From the NCBI GenBank assembly GCA_903911145.1, contig CAIWCD010000013.1, forward strand, positions 434,001 to 491,200: 57,200 nt of DNA, in the 5' to 3' direction. Below, in pieces: positions 9,981 through 19,604 of this stretch. A program made the position numbers and the translations under genes. The stretch's first letter is position 1, and each line of letters opens with the position of its first letter. The notes under the pieces are model-generated. The model saw nothing but the letters and a program-made list of their open reading frames with translations, was not told the origin of the DNA and did not search any database. This DNA is from an uncultured delta proteobacterium. GTDB lineage: Bacteria; Myxococcota; Myxococcia; Myxococcales; 40CM-4-68-19.

Positions 9981-10538
9981 TCACGCGATCTGGCGCTCGA
10001 AGAGATCGACCGACGTATCGCCGTAGCTGCGTTCGTCGACGAGCGCATACCCCGCCGGAGGAGTCGCCGCGGGCTCGCGTTTGTCCCTCTCGAGGACAAC
10101 GCGCGCGCCAACAGCCAGAAGGCCAAGCGTGGAGAGGAGGTCGAGCGTGGATTGCGCGGCCCGCAGCGCGTATGGAGGATCAGAGAAGACGAGATCGAAT
10201 GTCTCGTGTCGCGCGGCGAGTGCTGTCAGTGCGCGCTTGACGTCGTCGCGCACCAGCCGGCAGCGATCGGCATAGCCAAGTGTCGCGATGTTCTTCTCGA
10301 TGGCCTCCAGCGCTGGCCGGGCCTGCTCGACGAGCACTGCGCGCGCGGCCCCGCGAGAGAGAGCCTCGAGCGCCAGCGCACCGGTTCCCGCATAGAGATC
10401 GAGCACTGCGAGCCCATCGCAGCGCTGGCCGAGCCGATCAAAAAGACTCTGCCGGATGCGATCGGCGGTCGGCCTCGTCGCATCTCCCGCGGGCGCGCGC
10501 AGCGGCCTCCCGCGCGCTTCGCCTCCGACGATCCTCAT
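9981..10538 (-). CDS. rsmD: 16S rRNA m2G966 methyltransferase
   Basis: MRIVGGEARGR, TRPTADRIR, LDLYAGTGALALEALSRGA, DPPY. Confidence 0.95.
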   Translation of the reverse strand: MRIVGGEARGRPLRAPAGDATRPTADRIRQSLFDRLGQRCDGLAVLDLYAGTGALALEALSRGAARAVLVEQARPALEAIEKNIATLGYADRCRLVRDDVKRALTALAARHETFDLVFSDPPYALRAAQSTLDLLSTLGLLAVGARVVLERDKREPAATPPAGYALVDERSYGDTSVDLFERQIA

Positions 10539-11555
10539 CTAATGAACCAGCTCGTCGTGGCGGTAGGCGATGCTCTCGAACTGGATGGTGGTGTGCTCGA
10601 TGTTGAAGCGATCGCGCAGCACCGCCCGCGCCTCGGTGAGGATCTCATCGTGGCTGCGGCAGCCGGGACCGTCGCATTCGACGACGAGGTGGCAGCTCAT
10701 CGCGACCATCCCTGAGGTAATCGTCCAGACGTGCAGGTCGTGGACCGCGCGCACGCCGTGCATCTTCGCGAGCGCCGCAGTGACGTCGTTGAATGCGAGA
10801 TGCTGCGGGAAGCCTTCGAGGAGGACATCGACAGCCTCGCGGCAGAGACGCACGGCGCTCCAGACGATGGTTCCCGCGATGGCGAAGCTGATGATCGGGT
10901 CGGCCTGCTGCCAGCCCGTGAAGTGGATGATCGCAGCGGAGATGAGGACGCCGACCGAGTTGACCAGGTCGCCAGCGAGGTGGAGGAACGTGCCGCGCAT
11001 GTTCATGCTCGCGCCCTCCCCTGCGTGCGTAATCCACATGCCGATGGCGTTGAGCGCGATGCCGATGAGCGCCATTCCCACCACCAGCGAGACCCGCACT
11101 GGCGCTGGATTCCCGAACCGTTGGAAGGCCTCGAGTGCGATGAAGAACGCAATGGCGATCAGCGCGGCGCCGTTGATCAGCGCGGCGAGGATCTCGAGGC
11201 GATAGTAGCCGTAGGTGCGGCGCGCATCGGCGGGGCGCGCGCTGACGTAGGCGGCGAAAAGCGCGAGCGCAATGGCGCCGGTGTCCGCAAGGACGTGGCC
11301 CGCGTCGGAGAGAAGCGCAAGCGAGCCAGAGAGAACGCCGCCGACGCCCTCGGCGACCACCGCAGCAAGCGCAACGAACAGGACCAACCAGAGGCGCCGC
11401 GACTCACCGGCGCGCGAAGCGCCATGCGCGTGCGCATGTCCGTGCCCATGGCCACCGCCATGATGGTGCGCATGTCCGTGGTCGTGATCATGATCGTGGT
11501 CATGATCGCTCCCGTGCTGGTGCCGCGGGTCTTCGTTGGCTCGGGATCGACTCAT
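10539..11555 (-). CDS. Cation diffusion facilitator (CzcD/ZitB-like Zn/Co/Cd exporter) with His-rich N-terminus
   Basis: SLALLSDAGHVLAD, TYGYYRLE, HLAGD, HDLHVWTI, HTTIQ; HD/HG-rich N-tail. Confidence 0.92.
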   Translation of the reverse strand: MSRSRANEDPRHQHGSDHDHDHDHDHGHAHHHGGGHGHGHAHAHGASRAGESRRLWLVLFVALAAVVAEGVGGVLSGSLALLSDAGHVLADTGAIALALFAAYVSARPADARRTYGYYRLEILAALINGAALIAIAFFIALEAFQRFGNPAPVRVSLVVGMALIGIALNAIGMWITHAGEGASMNMRGTFLHLAGDLVNSVGVLISAAIIHFTGWQQADPIISFAIAGTIVWSAVRLCREAVDVLLEGFPQHLAFNDVTAALAKMHGVRAVHDLHVWTITSGMVAMSCHLVVECDGPGCRSHDEILTEARAVLRDRFNIEHTTIQFESIAYRHDELVH

Positions 11556-11638
11556 TGGTGGGGATGATGGGCAAAGCCGGGCTGCATCGCAAGTTCGCGA
11601 TTGCGGGCAGGCGCGAGTTTGCTGTTACTCTTGCCCGC

Positions 11639-12577
11639 ATGAGCACGATCTCGTTCGCCCCCCACGGCCCCGCGACCGAAGGCTTTACCGACGGCGCAGA
11701 CGGCACTCGCATCCACTATGAAATCTGGACGCCACCGCACGGGGTGGCGCCCGCCGACACGCTCGTGCTCAGCGATGGCATCGGCTGCGATGGATATGCG
11801 TGGAAGTATCTCGCCGCGCATTTCTCGAAGACCTATCGGATCATTCACTGGCAATACCGCGGGCACGGCCGCAGCGGACTTCCGCACGAGCGCACGCGCA
11901 CGTCATTCGACGATATCTGCGGCGATCTCGAAGCAGTGATGAAGGCGACGCATACGCCAACTGCAATCTTCATCGGCCATTCGATGGGCGTGCAGGTCTG
12001 CCTCGAATATCACCGCCGCCATCCCGATGCAGTCAAGGCGCTGGTGCTCATCTGCGGCAGCCACGGATATCCGCTCGATACCTTCCACGATACGAATATC
12101 CTCCGCACGGTCGTCCCCGCGCTGCTGCGCACTGCTGTGCGCTTTCCCTCGTTCGTCGAAACCGCCTGGCGCACGCTCTGCAGCAACGAGCTCACCTACC
12201 AACTGGCGACGCACTTCGAGGTGAATGGGCGGCTGATCGCACGCGAGGATTTCGCGCCCTACTTCGATCATCTCGCCGGCCTCGATCCGCAGCTCTTCCT
12301 CTCGATGCTCAAGAACGCGAGTGAGCATTCGGCCTATACACACCTGCCGCATATCCGCGTGCCGTCGCTGATTGTCGCGGGAACCGCGGACGGCTTTACT
12401 CCGCATTGGCTCTCCGAAGAGATGCACGACCATATCCCCGGCTCCGAGCTGTTGACGATTCCCGGCGGCACGCATACCGCGCCCATCGAGCACCCAGAGT
12501 TGCTCGAGTTGCGACTGGAGAAGTTCCTCAATCGGCTCACCGCGCCCGCCCAGCAGGCGCGCGCGAGCACGGTATAG
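11639..12577 (+). CDS. Alpha/beta hydrolase
   Basis: YRGHGRS, GHSMG nucleophile elbow, C-terminal GTH. Start chosen at MSTISF, 7 nt after an extended -10-like TGtTACTCT. Confidence 0.85.
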   Translation: MSTISFAPHGPATEGFTDGADGTRIHYEIWTPPHGVAPADTLVLSDGIGCDGYAWKYLAAHFSKTYRIIHWQYRGHGRSGLPHERTRTSFDDICGDLEAVMKATHTPTAIFIGHSMGVQVCLEYHRRHPDAVKALVLICGSHGYPLDTFHDTNILRTVVPALLRTAVRFPSFVETAWRTLCSNELTYQLATHFEVNGRLIAREDFAPYFDHLAGLDPQLFLSMLKNASEHSAYTHLPHIRVPSLIVAGTADGFTPHWLSEEMHDHIPGSELLTIPGGTHTAPIEHPELLELRLEKFLNRLTAPAQQARASTV

Positions 12578-12585
12578 CAGCGCCT

Positions 12586-15468
12586 TTGCGACGCCTGAAA
12601 ATCGCTCTTGCGTGGTTCTTCATCGTCGCGAATGGCGCGCTTGCGGTGCGTGCCGATCCTCGTTTTGTCTGGGAGACGCTGGATACCCCGCACTTTGAAA
12701 TCCATTACCACCAGGGGGAATATCTCCTCGCGCTGAAACTATCGCGCCTGGCCGAGGAGGCACATCGACGACTCGCGCCGATTCTCGATCACGAACCGGT
12801 GGAGCGATGCCAACTGGTCCTGCAGGACGATACCGACTTCGCCAACGGAAATGCCACACCGCTCTTCTACAATCTAATCCACGCTTATGCCGCGCCGCCG
12901 GACCCGCGCAGCACGCTCTCGGATTTCGACGATCCAATCTGGCAGCTGATCAGCCACGAATATACCCATATCCTTCATATGGACACCGTGCGCGGTGTAC
13001 CCGCACTTTCCAATGAAGTCTTCGGCAAGCTCTGGATCCCCAATGGAGTGCAGCCGACCTGGCTCATCGAAGGAATGGCGGTGCTCTCCGAGAGCCGCGT
13101 CACGTCGGGTGGCCGCATCCGTTCGACACTGGAGGATATGTCGGTCCGCGCGATGATATCAGACGGCGTCTTTCCGTCGATCGACGAACTCTCCAATCCG
13201 ACGCTCAAGTATCCGCGCGGCGATATCGCATATACGATCGGCGGACGGCTGCTCGACTATATTGACGGCCATTACGGAGCAGGCGCGATTCGCGACCTGT
13301 CATACGACTATGCAGGCCGGCTGATTCCGTTCGCGATGAATCTGAATGCGAAACACGCGCTGGGGAAGAGCTGGATCGATCTCTATGGTGAATACCAGGC
13401 CGAAGAGAAGGCGCATGCGCTCGACGCGACGACCAAGCAGTTCAAGGTCGCGACGTATTTCGAGCTGCTCAGCCGCCTGGGGGAGACGACGCGCAGTCCG
13501 CGCTGGAGTTCCGATGGACGCACTCTGTTCTATATCAGCACCGGTCCCGATCGATTGCCGGAGCTGCGCCGCACTCCGCTGGGAACGTGCTGCAATCATC
13601 CCGGCGATACGCCCGACGGACAAACCGCCTCCGACGACGAGCGCATTCTCGAAACCTATGGAGACGGCTCGATATCGATTGGCCCCGATGGCTCGATTGT
13701 CTATTCGAGGCCGCAACTATTCCAGCAGTTCGAGAGCATAGAAGATCTCTATCGATTCGATCCCGCCACCGGAGATTCGGCACGCATCACGCGCGGAGTG
13801 CGCGCGAGTGAGCCGGATATCGCGAAGGACGGAACGATCGTCTTCATTCAACGGCTCCCGGCAGGCCGCACGGCAGTGAGTATTCTCGCTCCTGGAGAAA
13901 CGGAGCCGCAGATCGTCTTTGAATCGCCCGAGCACGACGCCGTCGCCTCGCCGCGCTGGTCACCGTCGGGAAACGCGATTGTATTCGTGCAGCATCACGA
14001 AAGCTGGAATCTCCGCCTGATCGGCCGCAATGGAGTCGGCCTCTCCTCATTAACGAGCGGCCGCGCATTCGATCGCGATCCGTCGTTCAGTCCCGATGGC
14101 CGATATATCCTCTTCTCGAGCGATCGCAGCGGAATCTATAATCTCTATGCGCTGCGATTGGACGATCGGAAACTGTTCGGGATCACCAACGCTGTCACAG
14201 GGGCATTCGAGCCCGCCCTCTCGCCCGACCAGACGCAGCTCGCATTCGTGCATTACTCCTCGCGCGGATATGACATCGCGCGAATGCCTTTCGATGAATC
14301 GCGGTTCGCGCCGTTCGAGACGCCCGCGGGCGCTGGGGTTGATCGCCCGCCGCCGACTCCGGCTCCGCCCGAAGAGCTCTATCCGTCGCGGCCATACAAT
14401 CCCATTCCAACGCTGTTGCCGAAATGGTGGCTTCCCTATGCCGGCCTCGACGCGACGGGCAGCATCTTTGGCATCGTGACGTCGGGAAGCGATGCGGTCG
14501 GTCGACACGACTATGCTGCGACGGCCTGGTGGAGCGTCGAGGGCCGCACGCCCGGCTGGAGCCTTCGATATACCAACCACACGCTCTATCCAGATATATC
14601 CGTGACCAGTTCGCGGGATATCGTCGTGCCTCCAGGATTCAGCGACAACCTCGAGAGGGACGACCAGGTCGGGCTCTTCGCGGCGTTCCCATTCGATCAA
14701 TATGAACGGGCGTGGACGCTGGGGATTGGATATGACCTGATTCATCTCGCCTCGATTGGAGGCCCCGATGCACATCCACCCGATGGAGTAATCAGCCGCT
14801 TCACGCTGCAGCTTGCCTACAGCAATGCATTCAGGTTCGCGCATAGCATCTCCGCCGAGAGGGGATTGGCGTTCGCCATTACCTTCCGCGTCGCAGACCC
14901 CGCGCTGGGGAGCGACTTCGCATATCGCCAATTCACGGGCGCATTCACGAAGTATCTGGCAATGCCCTGGACGTGGAACGGCGAACCATTGCACCACGCC
15001 TTCGCGCTGCGCCTCGCGGGCGGAGTCGCGCGCGGAGATCTCTCCGATCGCCACCTCTTCTCGCTCGGGGGATTCGGCGCAAGCAACCCGATCGATACCT
15101 TAATCAATCAGACGACAGCTCCCGTGACGGTCCTGCGCGGCTTCATACCCGGTGCCTTCGCGGGCGAGGCCTATGCGCTCGGCACGCTGGAGTACCGCTT
15201 TCCGCTGCTCGACGTGGAGCGTGGCGCCTGGACGCTGCCGGTCTATCTGCGTCGACTGCATGCCGCGATCTTCAGCGACGCCGGCGACGCGTTCACTCTG
15301 CGCCGGCACGATTTCCGACTGCATGCGGGCGCGGGAGCAGAACTTCGCGCAGAGCTGGTACTCGGCTGGTATCTGCCCTCGACGTTTCGCCTTGGCTGCG
15401 CGCACGGCGTGACGCGGTCGCCGGAAACCATCTGGGACTGCTACACGACGCTGGGGGGAATCTTTTGA
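12586..15468 (+). CDS. Outer-membrane protein: HExxH peptidase-like domain + PD40/TolB beta-propeller + Omp85-like C-terminal barrel
   Basis: Signal peptide after TTG 12586; HEYTH...WLIEGMA; repeated PxWSPDG/PSFSPDG; LRGF and EYRFPL motifs; terminal Phe. Confidence 0.75.
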   Translation: MRRLKIALAWFFIVANGALAVRADPRFVWETLDTPHFEIHYHQGEYLLALKLSRLAEEAHRRLAPILDHEPVERCQLVLQDDTDFANGNATPLFYNLIHAYAAPPDPRSTLSDFDDPIWQLISHEYTHILHMDTVRGVPALSNEVFGKLWIPNGVQPTWLIEGMAVLSESRVTSGGRIRSTLEDMSVRAMISDGVFPSIDELSNPTLKYPRGDIAYTIGGRLLDYIDGHYGAGAIRDLSYDYAGRLIPFAMNLNAKHALGKSWIDLYGEYQAEEKAHALDATTKQFKVATYFELLSRLGETTRSPRWSSDGRTLFYISTGPDRLPELRRTPLGTCCNHPGDTPDGQTASDDERILETYGDGSISIGPDGSIVYSRPQLFQQFESIEDLYRFDPATGDSARITRGVRASEPDIAKDGTIVFIQRLPAGRTAVSILAPGETEPQIVFESPEHDAVASPRWSPSGNAIVFVQHHESWNLRLIGRNGVGLSSLTSGRAFDRDPSFSPDGRYILFSSDRSGIYNLYALRLDDRKLFGITNAVTGAFEPALSPDQTQLAFVHYSSRGYDIARMPFDESRFAPFETPAGAGVDRPPPTPAPPEELYPSRPYNPIPTLLPKWWLPYAGLDATGSIFGIVTSGSDAVGRHDYAATAWWSVEGRTPGWSLRYTNHTLYPDISVTSSRDIVVPPGFSDNLERDDQVGLFAAFPFDQYERAWTLGIGYDLIHLASIGGPDAHPPDGVISRFTLQLAYSNAFRFAHSISAERGLAFAITFRVADPALGSDFAYRQFTGAFTKYLAMPWTWNGEPLHHAFALRLAGGVARGDLSDRHLFSLGGFGASNPIDTLINQTTAPVTVLRGFIPGAFAGEAYALGTLEYRFPLLDVERGAWTLPVYLRRLHAAIFSDAGDAFTLRRHDFRLHAGAGAELRAELVLGWYLPSTFRLGCAHGVTRSPETIWDCYTTLGGIF

Positions 15469-15517
15469 GAACTCCCGTCCACAACCGCACAGACCAGCAT
15501 GTAATGTTGGCGCGTCG

Positions 15518-18460
15518 ATGACCACCACGCTGGAGAGAGCGCTCGAGGCGGGCCTGCGCGTCCGTCGGGGCGAGAAGCACCGAACGGCGCTGATGGCGGC
15601 CTACGCCGCGAACGCCATCGGTGCGGTCGTGGTGGGTCGCTCAATTCGCGACGCGCTCTATCTCGCCAACCGCCCGGCTCGCGGCCTGGCGGGCATGTAC
15701 ATCATCTCTTCGCTGGTGATTGTCGCCGTCAGCTGGAGCTACGCGCGCGTTGCCGATCGCGTGCCTCGTGGAACGCTCAACGCAGCCAGCGCACTCGTCT
15801 GCGGCGCACTCTGCGCGGCAGCCTGGGGACTGCTCACGCTCGGCGCAGGCAGCTGGGTCTACCCGGCGCTCTACATCTTCGTCGAAGCGATGGGTTCGCT
15901 CGTCGTCATCCAGTTCTGGACGATGGCCAATGATGTCTTCCACGCCAGAGAAGCCAAGCGGCTCTTCGGCATCATCGGCGCCGGAGGCACGCTCGCCAAC
16001 GTCGTCTTCGGTCTGCTCATCTCACGCTACTCGCGCTTCATCGACGATCATCACCCCGCGATCCACCTCGGGGGAAAGACGCTCGAGTTCGGACCCAACG
16101 AGCTGCTCTGGCTGATGGTGGTCCAGTTGGCCTTCTGCGCGATCCTCGCCAGGCGCGCCGCGCCCTTCGCTGCCGGCTCGTCGATGATCACGAGGACCGC
16201 CCCGAGCACACGGCGAGGCAAGCGCACACTGACCCGCGCCGGCTTGTCTTCAATCTTCGCAAACCCGCACCTGGCGCTGGTTGCAGCGATCGCGGCCGTC
16301 TCGGCGGTCGCCGTGACCGTGGTCGATTTCCAGTTCAAGACTGCGGCCGCGGCCGCGCTCAACCAGAACGATCTCGCGGGATACTTCGGCCGCTTCTACG
16401 GCATCTGCGGCGGCATCGCGTTCGCGGTGCAACTCTGGGTGACCGGCTGGATGCTCGAACGGTACGGCATTCTCGCGTCGCTCCTGCCGCTGCCCGTCGG
16501 CCTCGCGCTCGGCTCGGGATTCGCGACAGTGGTGCCCAACCCGAGCCTCTTCGTGCAGAGCCTCGCGAAGGGCTCGGACACAATCTTCCGCTACACGATC
16601 AACGACGCGTCGATGCAGCTGCTCTATGTGCCGGTGCCGACGCACGTGCGCGGGCGAGCCAAGGCATTCATCGACGGCATTCTGCGACCACTGGCGATCG
16701 CGGCCACCGGCGGCGTGCTCTACCTCTTCAAGGATTCGGGCGGGAACCACCGCGCGCTGGCCATCCCCGTGCTCCTCTGCATCGGCCTCTGGATCGCGCT
16801 GCTGGTGCGGGCGCGGACCGAATATGTCCGCAGCCTCGTTCAGTCTCTCGAGCGGCGGCACCTCGATCTCTCGGCGACGCCGCTGGCTGCATCGAACGAG
16901 GCAACGCTGCGAGCGCTTCGGGCGGCGATGCAAGGAGATGCGAGCACGGTCCTGCACGCGCTCACGCTGGTGCAGCAGATCGGCGGCGCGCCGTTCACGG
17001 CCGAGATGCGCGTGCTCCTCTCGCACCCCGATCCGCGGATCCGCGCCGTCGCTGTCGAGAGGCTCGGAGATTTGCACGCAACCGAGTTGCTCGCGCAGAT
17101 GAGAACGCTCCTCTCGGACCCAGCGCCAGAAGTGCGCGCGGCCGCACTGGGCGCGGTCTGCTCGATCGAGCAGGAGTCGTCGGTCCCGACGGTGCTGCCC
17201 TTCCTCGATCCGAAACATGCGCCCGAGGCGATCGTGCGCGCGGCGGCCGTGGCTGCGCTCATCCGCCACGCCGGCTTCGATGGAGTGCTCGCCGCCGCCG
17301 AGCCGCTCAAGGCGCTCGTCGCCGCCGAAGACCCTCGCGATCGCGCGTCCGCTGCCGACGCGCTCGGCAACATCGGCGTGCGCGGCTTCTACCGCCCGCT
17401 CCTCGCGTTCCTGCGCGATCACGATCCGATGGTTCGACGCCGCGCACTCGGCGCCGCCGGGAAGCTGCGCACGCCCGAACTCATCCCTGCGCTCATCGAC
17501 GCCTTCAAGTCGCGCCAGACCACCCTGGAAGCGGCCTCCGCGCTCACCGCGTACGGACCTGGCATCGAGGCGCAGTTGACGGCAGTGATCTGCGATGAGC
17601 ACGCGCACATCGATTGTCGACGCGGCATCGCGCTCGTGCTCGGTCGCCTCGAGACGCAGGAAGCGGCGGTGGTGCTGACGTCCGTGCTGCTCTCGAAGAC
17701 GGGCGCGGTGCGCAAGGCCGCGTCCCGCGCGCTCACGAGGATGTCTCGCCGCGCGCGCGTCCAGATCGAGGTGGGCAAGGTCGAGCAGGCTGTCCGATTC
17801 GAACTCGAGTTGGCCTGCCAGGCGCTGGCGTCGATCAAGCGACTGCAGTTGCCTGTGCCCGATGTCGGTCGCGCGCCGCGCACGCCGGCCGAGTTGCTCG
17901 GCCTCTCGCTCCTCGAAGAGCGCGACGCGCGCGTGTTGCAGGCGCTGGGCCTGCTCGAGGTGATCCTGCCGCGCGTGCGACTCGACGTGGTGGCGGAGAA
18001 TCTCAGCAGCGAGCAGTCGGCTGCGCGCGGCAACGCGATCGAGGTGCTCGACAACGCGCTGCCCGAACCGTGGAAGCATCTGGTGCTCGCGGCGCTCGAC
18101 GAGGTGAAGCGCCGCGCAGACCTGGTCACGCCCGACCCGCGGCCCGCGGCCGACGTCTGCCGCGCGTTGGCAGCCGGCGAGTCGAGCGCCTGGGTCGCTG
18201 CTTGCGCGGTGCGATGGTCGCTCGATCCGAACAGCGCCGCGAGCCCAACGGAAATCATGCAGGGGCTTGAGGTCGCGCTGGTGAGCCCCGCCGCGCCGCT
18301 GCGCGAAGCCGCCGCTGTCGCTCTCGCGCACGCAGGCATCTCCGATCTGCGCGAGCGATTGACGCCACTCACGAAGGACCCGGCCGCCTCGGTACGCCGC
18401 ACCTCTGCCCGCCTGCTTGCCGAGCTCGATCCGCACGAATCCATCCCCGCGCTGCTATAG
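15518..18460 (+). CDS. Npt1/TLC-like (NTP/NDP exchange type) MFS transporter fused to HEAT repeats
   Basis: QFWTMANDVFHAREAKRLFGIIGAGG, VDFQFK, RYTIND...LLYVPVP...RGRAKAFID; multiple D-P-x-VR-x-AA HEAT units. Confidence 0.85.
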   Translation: MTTTLERALEAGLRVRRGEKHRTALMAAYAANAIGAVVVGRSIRDALYLANRPARGLAGMYIISSLVIVAVSWSYARVADRVPRGTLNAASALVCGALCAAAWGLLTLGAGSWVYPALYIFVEAMGSLVVIQFWTMANDVFHAREAKRLFGIIGAGGTLANVVFGLLISRYSRFIDDHHPAIHLGGKTLEFGPNELLWLMVVQLAFCAILARRAAPFAAGSSMITRTAPSTRRGKRTLTRAGLSSIFANPHLALVAAIAAVSAVAVTVVDFQFKTAAAAALNQNDLAGYFGRFYGICGGIAFAVQLWVTGWMLERYGILASLLPLPVGLALGSGFATVVPNPSLFVQSLAKGSDTIFRYTINDASMQLLYVPVPTHVRGRAKAFIDGILRPLAIAATGGVLYLFKDSGGNHRALAIPVLLCIGLWIALLVRARTEYVRSLVQSLERRHLDLSATPLAASNEATLRALRAAMQGDASTVLHALTLVQQIGGAPFTAEMRVLLSHPDPRIRAVAVERLGDLHATELLAQMRTLLSDPAPEVRAAALGAVCSIEQESSVPTVLPFLDPKHAPEAIVRAAAVAALIRHAGFDGVLAAAEPLKALVAAEDPRDRASAADALGNIGVRGFYRPLLAFLRDHDPMVRRRALGAAGKLRTPELIPALIDAFKSRQTTLEAASALTAYGPGIEAQLTAVICDEHAHIDCRRGIALVLGRLETQEAAVVLTSVLLSKTGAVRKAASRALTRMSRRARVQIEVGKVEQAVRFELELACQALASIKRLQLPVPDVGRAPRTPAELLGLSLLEERDARVLQALGLLEVILPRVRLDVVAENLSSEQSAARGNAIEVLDNALPEPWKHLVLAALDEVKRRADLVTPDPRPAADVCRALAAGESSAWVAACAVRWSLDPNSAASPTEIMQGLEVALVSPAAPLREAAAVALAHAGISDLRERLTPLTKDPAASVRRTSARLLAELDPHESIPALL

Positions 18461-18471
18461 CGAACATCTCC

Positions 18472-18888
18472 ATGCTCACCACCGTTGAGAAAGTGCTGTT
18501 CCTCAAGTCGATCGATCTCTTCCGCGCGCTGCCGGCCGAGGAGCTCGCGCAGATCGCCGAGATCGCCGAGGAGCAGGAGTTCGTCGCGGGCGATCCGGTC
18601 TTTGCCGAGGGCGAGCCGGGCGACGCGCTCTATCTGGTCGTCGAGGGCCAGGTGCGCGTGCACAAGAGCCAGAAGCAGATCGCGCTGCTTGGCGTGCGCG
18701 ACGTCGTCGGAGAGATGGCCGTGCTCGACGGCGAATCGCGCTCGGCGAGCGTGTCGGTGATGACCGACTCCGCGTTGCTGAAGATCGGCCGCGACGACTT
18801 TCGCGACATCCTCACCGAGCGCCCCGAGATCGCGATGGGCGTCATCAAGGTGCTTTCGCACCGGCTGCGCGAGACGAGCCGCAAGTAG
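18472..18888 (+). CDS. Stand-alone cyclic nucleotide-binding domain protein
   Basis: VFAEGEPGDALYLVVEGQV, GEMAVLDGESRSASV; no HTH. Confidence 0.88.
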   Translation: MLTTVEKVLFLKSIDLFRALPAEELAQIAEIAEEQEFVAGDPVFAEGEPGDALYLVVEGQVRVHKSQKQIALLGVRDVVGEMAVLDGESRSASVSVMTDSALLKIGRDDFRDILTERPEIAMGVIKVLSHRLRETSRK

Positions 18889-18908
18889 CGGATGGTCTCG
18901 CCGCGCCG

Positions 18909-19604
18909 CTACTGCTGCGCGGCGGCGATGAGCGCCTGGTCGATCTCGTTGCGGAGAAACTGCTCGGCCCCAGTCGTATAGCCCTGCTTCACCAGCTTGA
19001 TGAGCCCGTCGCGCCCGACGAGAAAGAGCGACGGCAGCGCGGTCTTCTCTCCCAGCCAGCGCCGCGCGATCAGGTTGTAGCGATCCTTCGCGATGGGAAA
19101 CGCCACATGGTTGTCTTTGACAAGCATCTCGATCTGCGGCCAGTCGGCCTCGTTCTTGTCGATGGCGATGGAGATGACGCGCAGGCCGCGTGAACGGTAG
19201 TCGCTCGCAAGCTGCACGAGCAGCGGCAGTTCGCGTTTGCAGGGGCCGCACCAGGTCGCAAAGAACGTCACGAGCAAGACGCGCGAGCCATCGTCCGAAG
19301 CATCGGCGCCGACGAGCGAGGAGAGGTCGACCGAGGCCGCGCCCGCCTCTGCCGGATTGTGGAGCAGCGCGGAAAACATCGGGGCCTCATCACCGACGTG
19401 CAACACGGGAGGGTCCGCCACCACGGCAGGGACGTGCGCATCCGCAGGAGTTGCCGCGGGCGCCGTCTTCTGCTTCGCGGCTGCCGAGGGCTTTCCAGTC
19501 TTCGTCGATGCAGCTCCCGACCGCGCTGGGAGCGGCTCCGCTGCGTTTGCGGCCGTCGATATCAAGGCGAGCATCGCCACCGACAAGGCTCTCCGCGCTC
19601 TCAC
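18909..19604 (-). CDS. TlpA-family thiol:disulfide oxidoreductase (exported)
   Basis: FFATWCGPCKRELP and cis-Pro motif ALPSLFLVGRDG; N-terminal signal. Confidence 0.88.
   Translation of the reverse strand: MRARRALSVAMLALISTAANAAEPLPARSGAASTKTGKPSAAAKQKTAPAATPADAHVPAVVADPPVLHVGDEAPMFSALLHNPAEAGAASVDLSSLVGADASDDGSRVLLVTFFATWCGPCKRELPLLVQLASDYRSRGLRVISIAIDKNEADWPQIEMLVKDNHVAFPIAKDRYNLIARRWLGEKTALPSLFLVGRDGLIKLVKQGYTTGAEQFLRNEIDQALIAAAQQ

Noticed and set aside
12406..12585. Upstream extension of the 1020-aa ORF
   Set aside because: Overlaps the hydrolase gene by ~170 nt; a signal peptide begins only at TTG 12586.
16250..19251. Long minus-strand ORFs (728 aa and 610 aa)
   Set aside because: Antisense shadows of the transporter-HEAT and cNMP genes.
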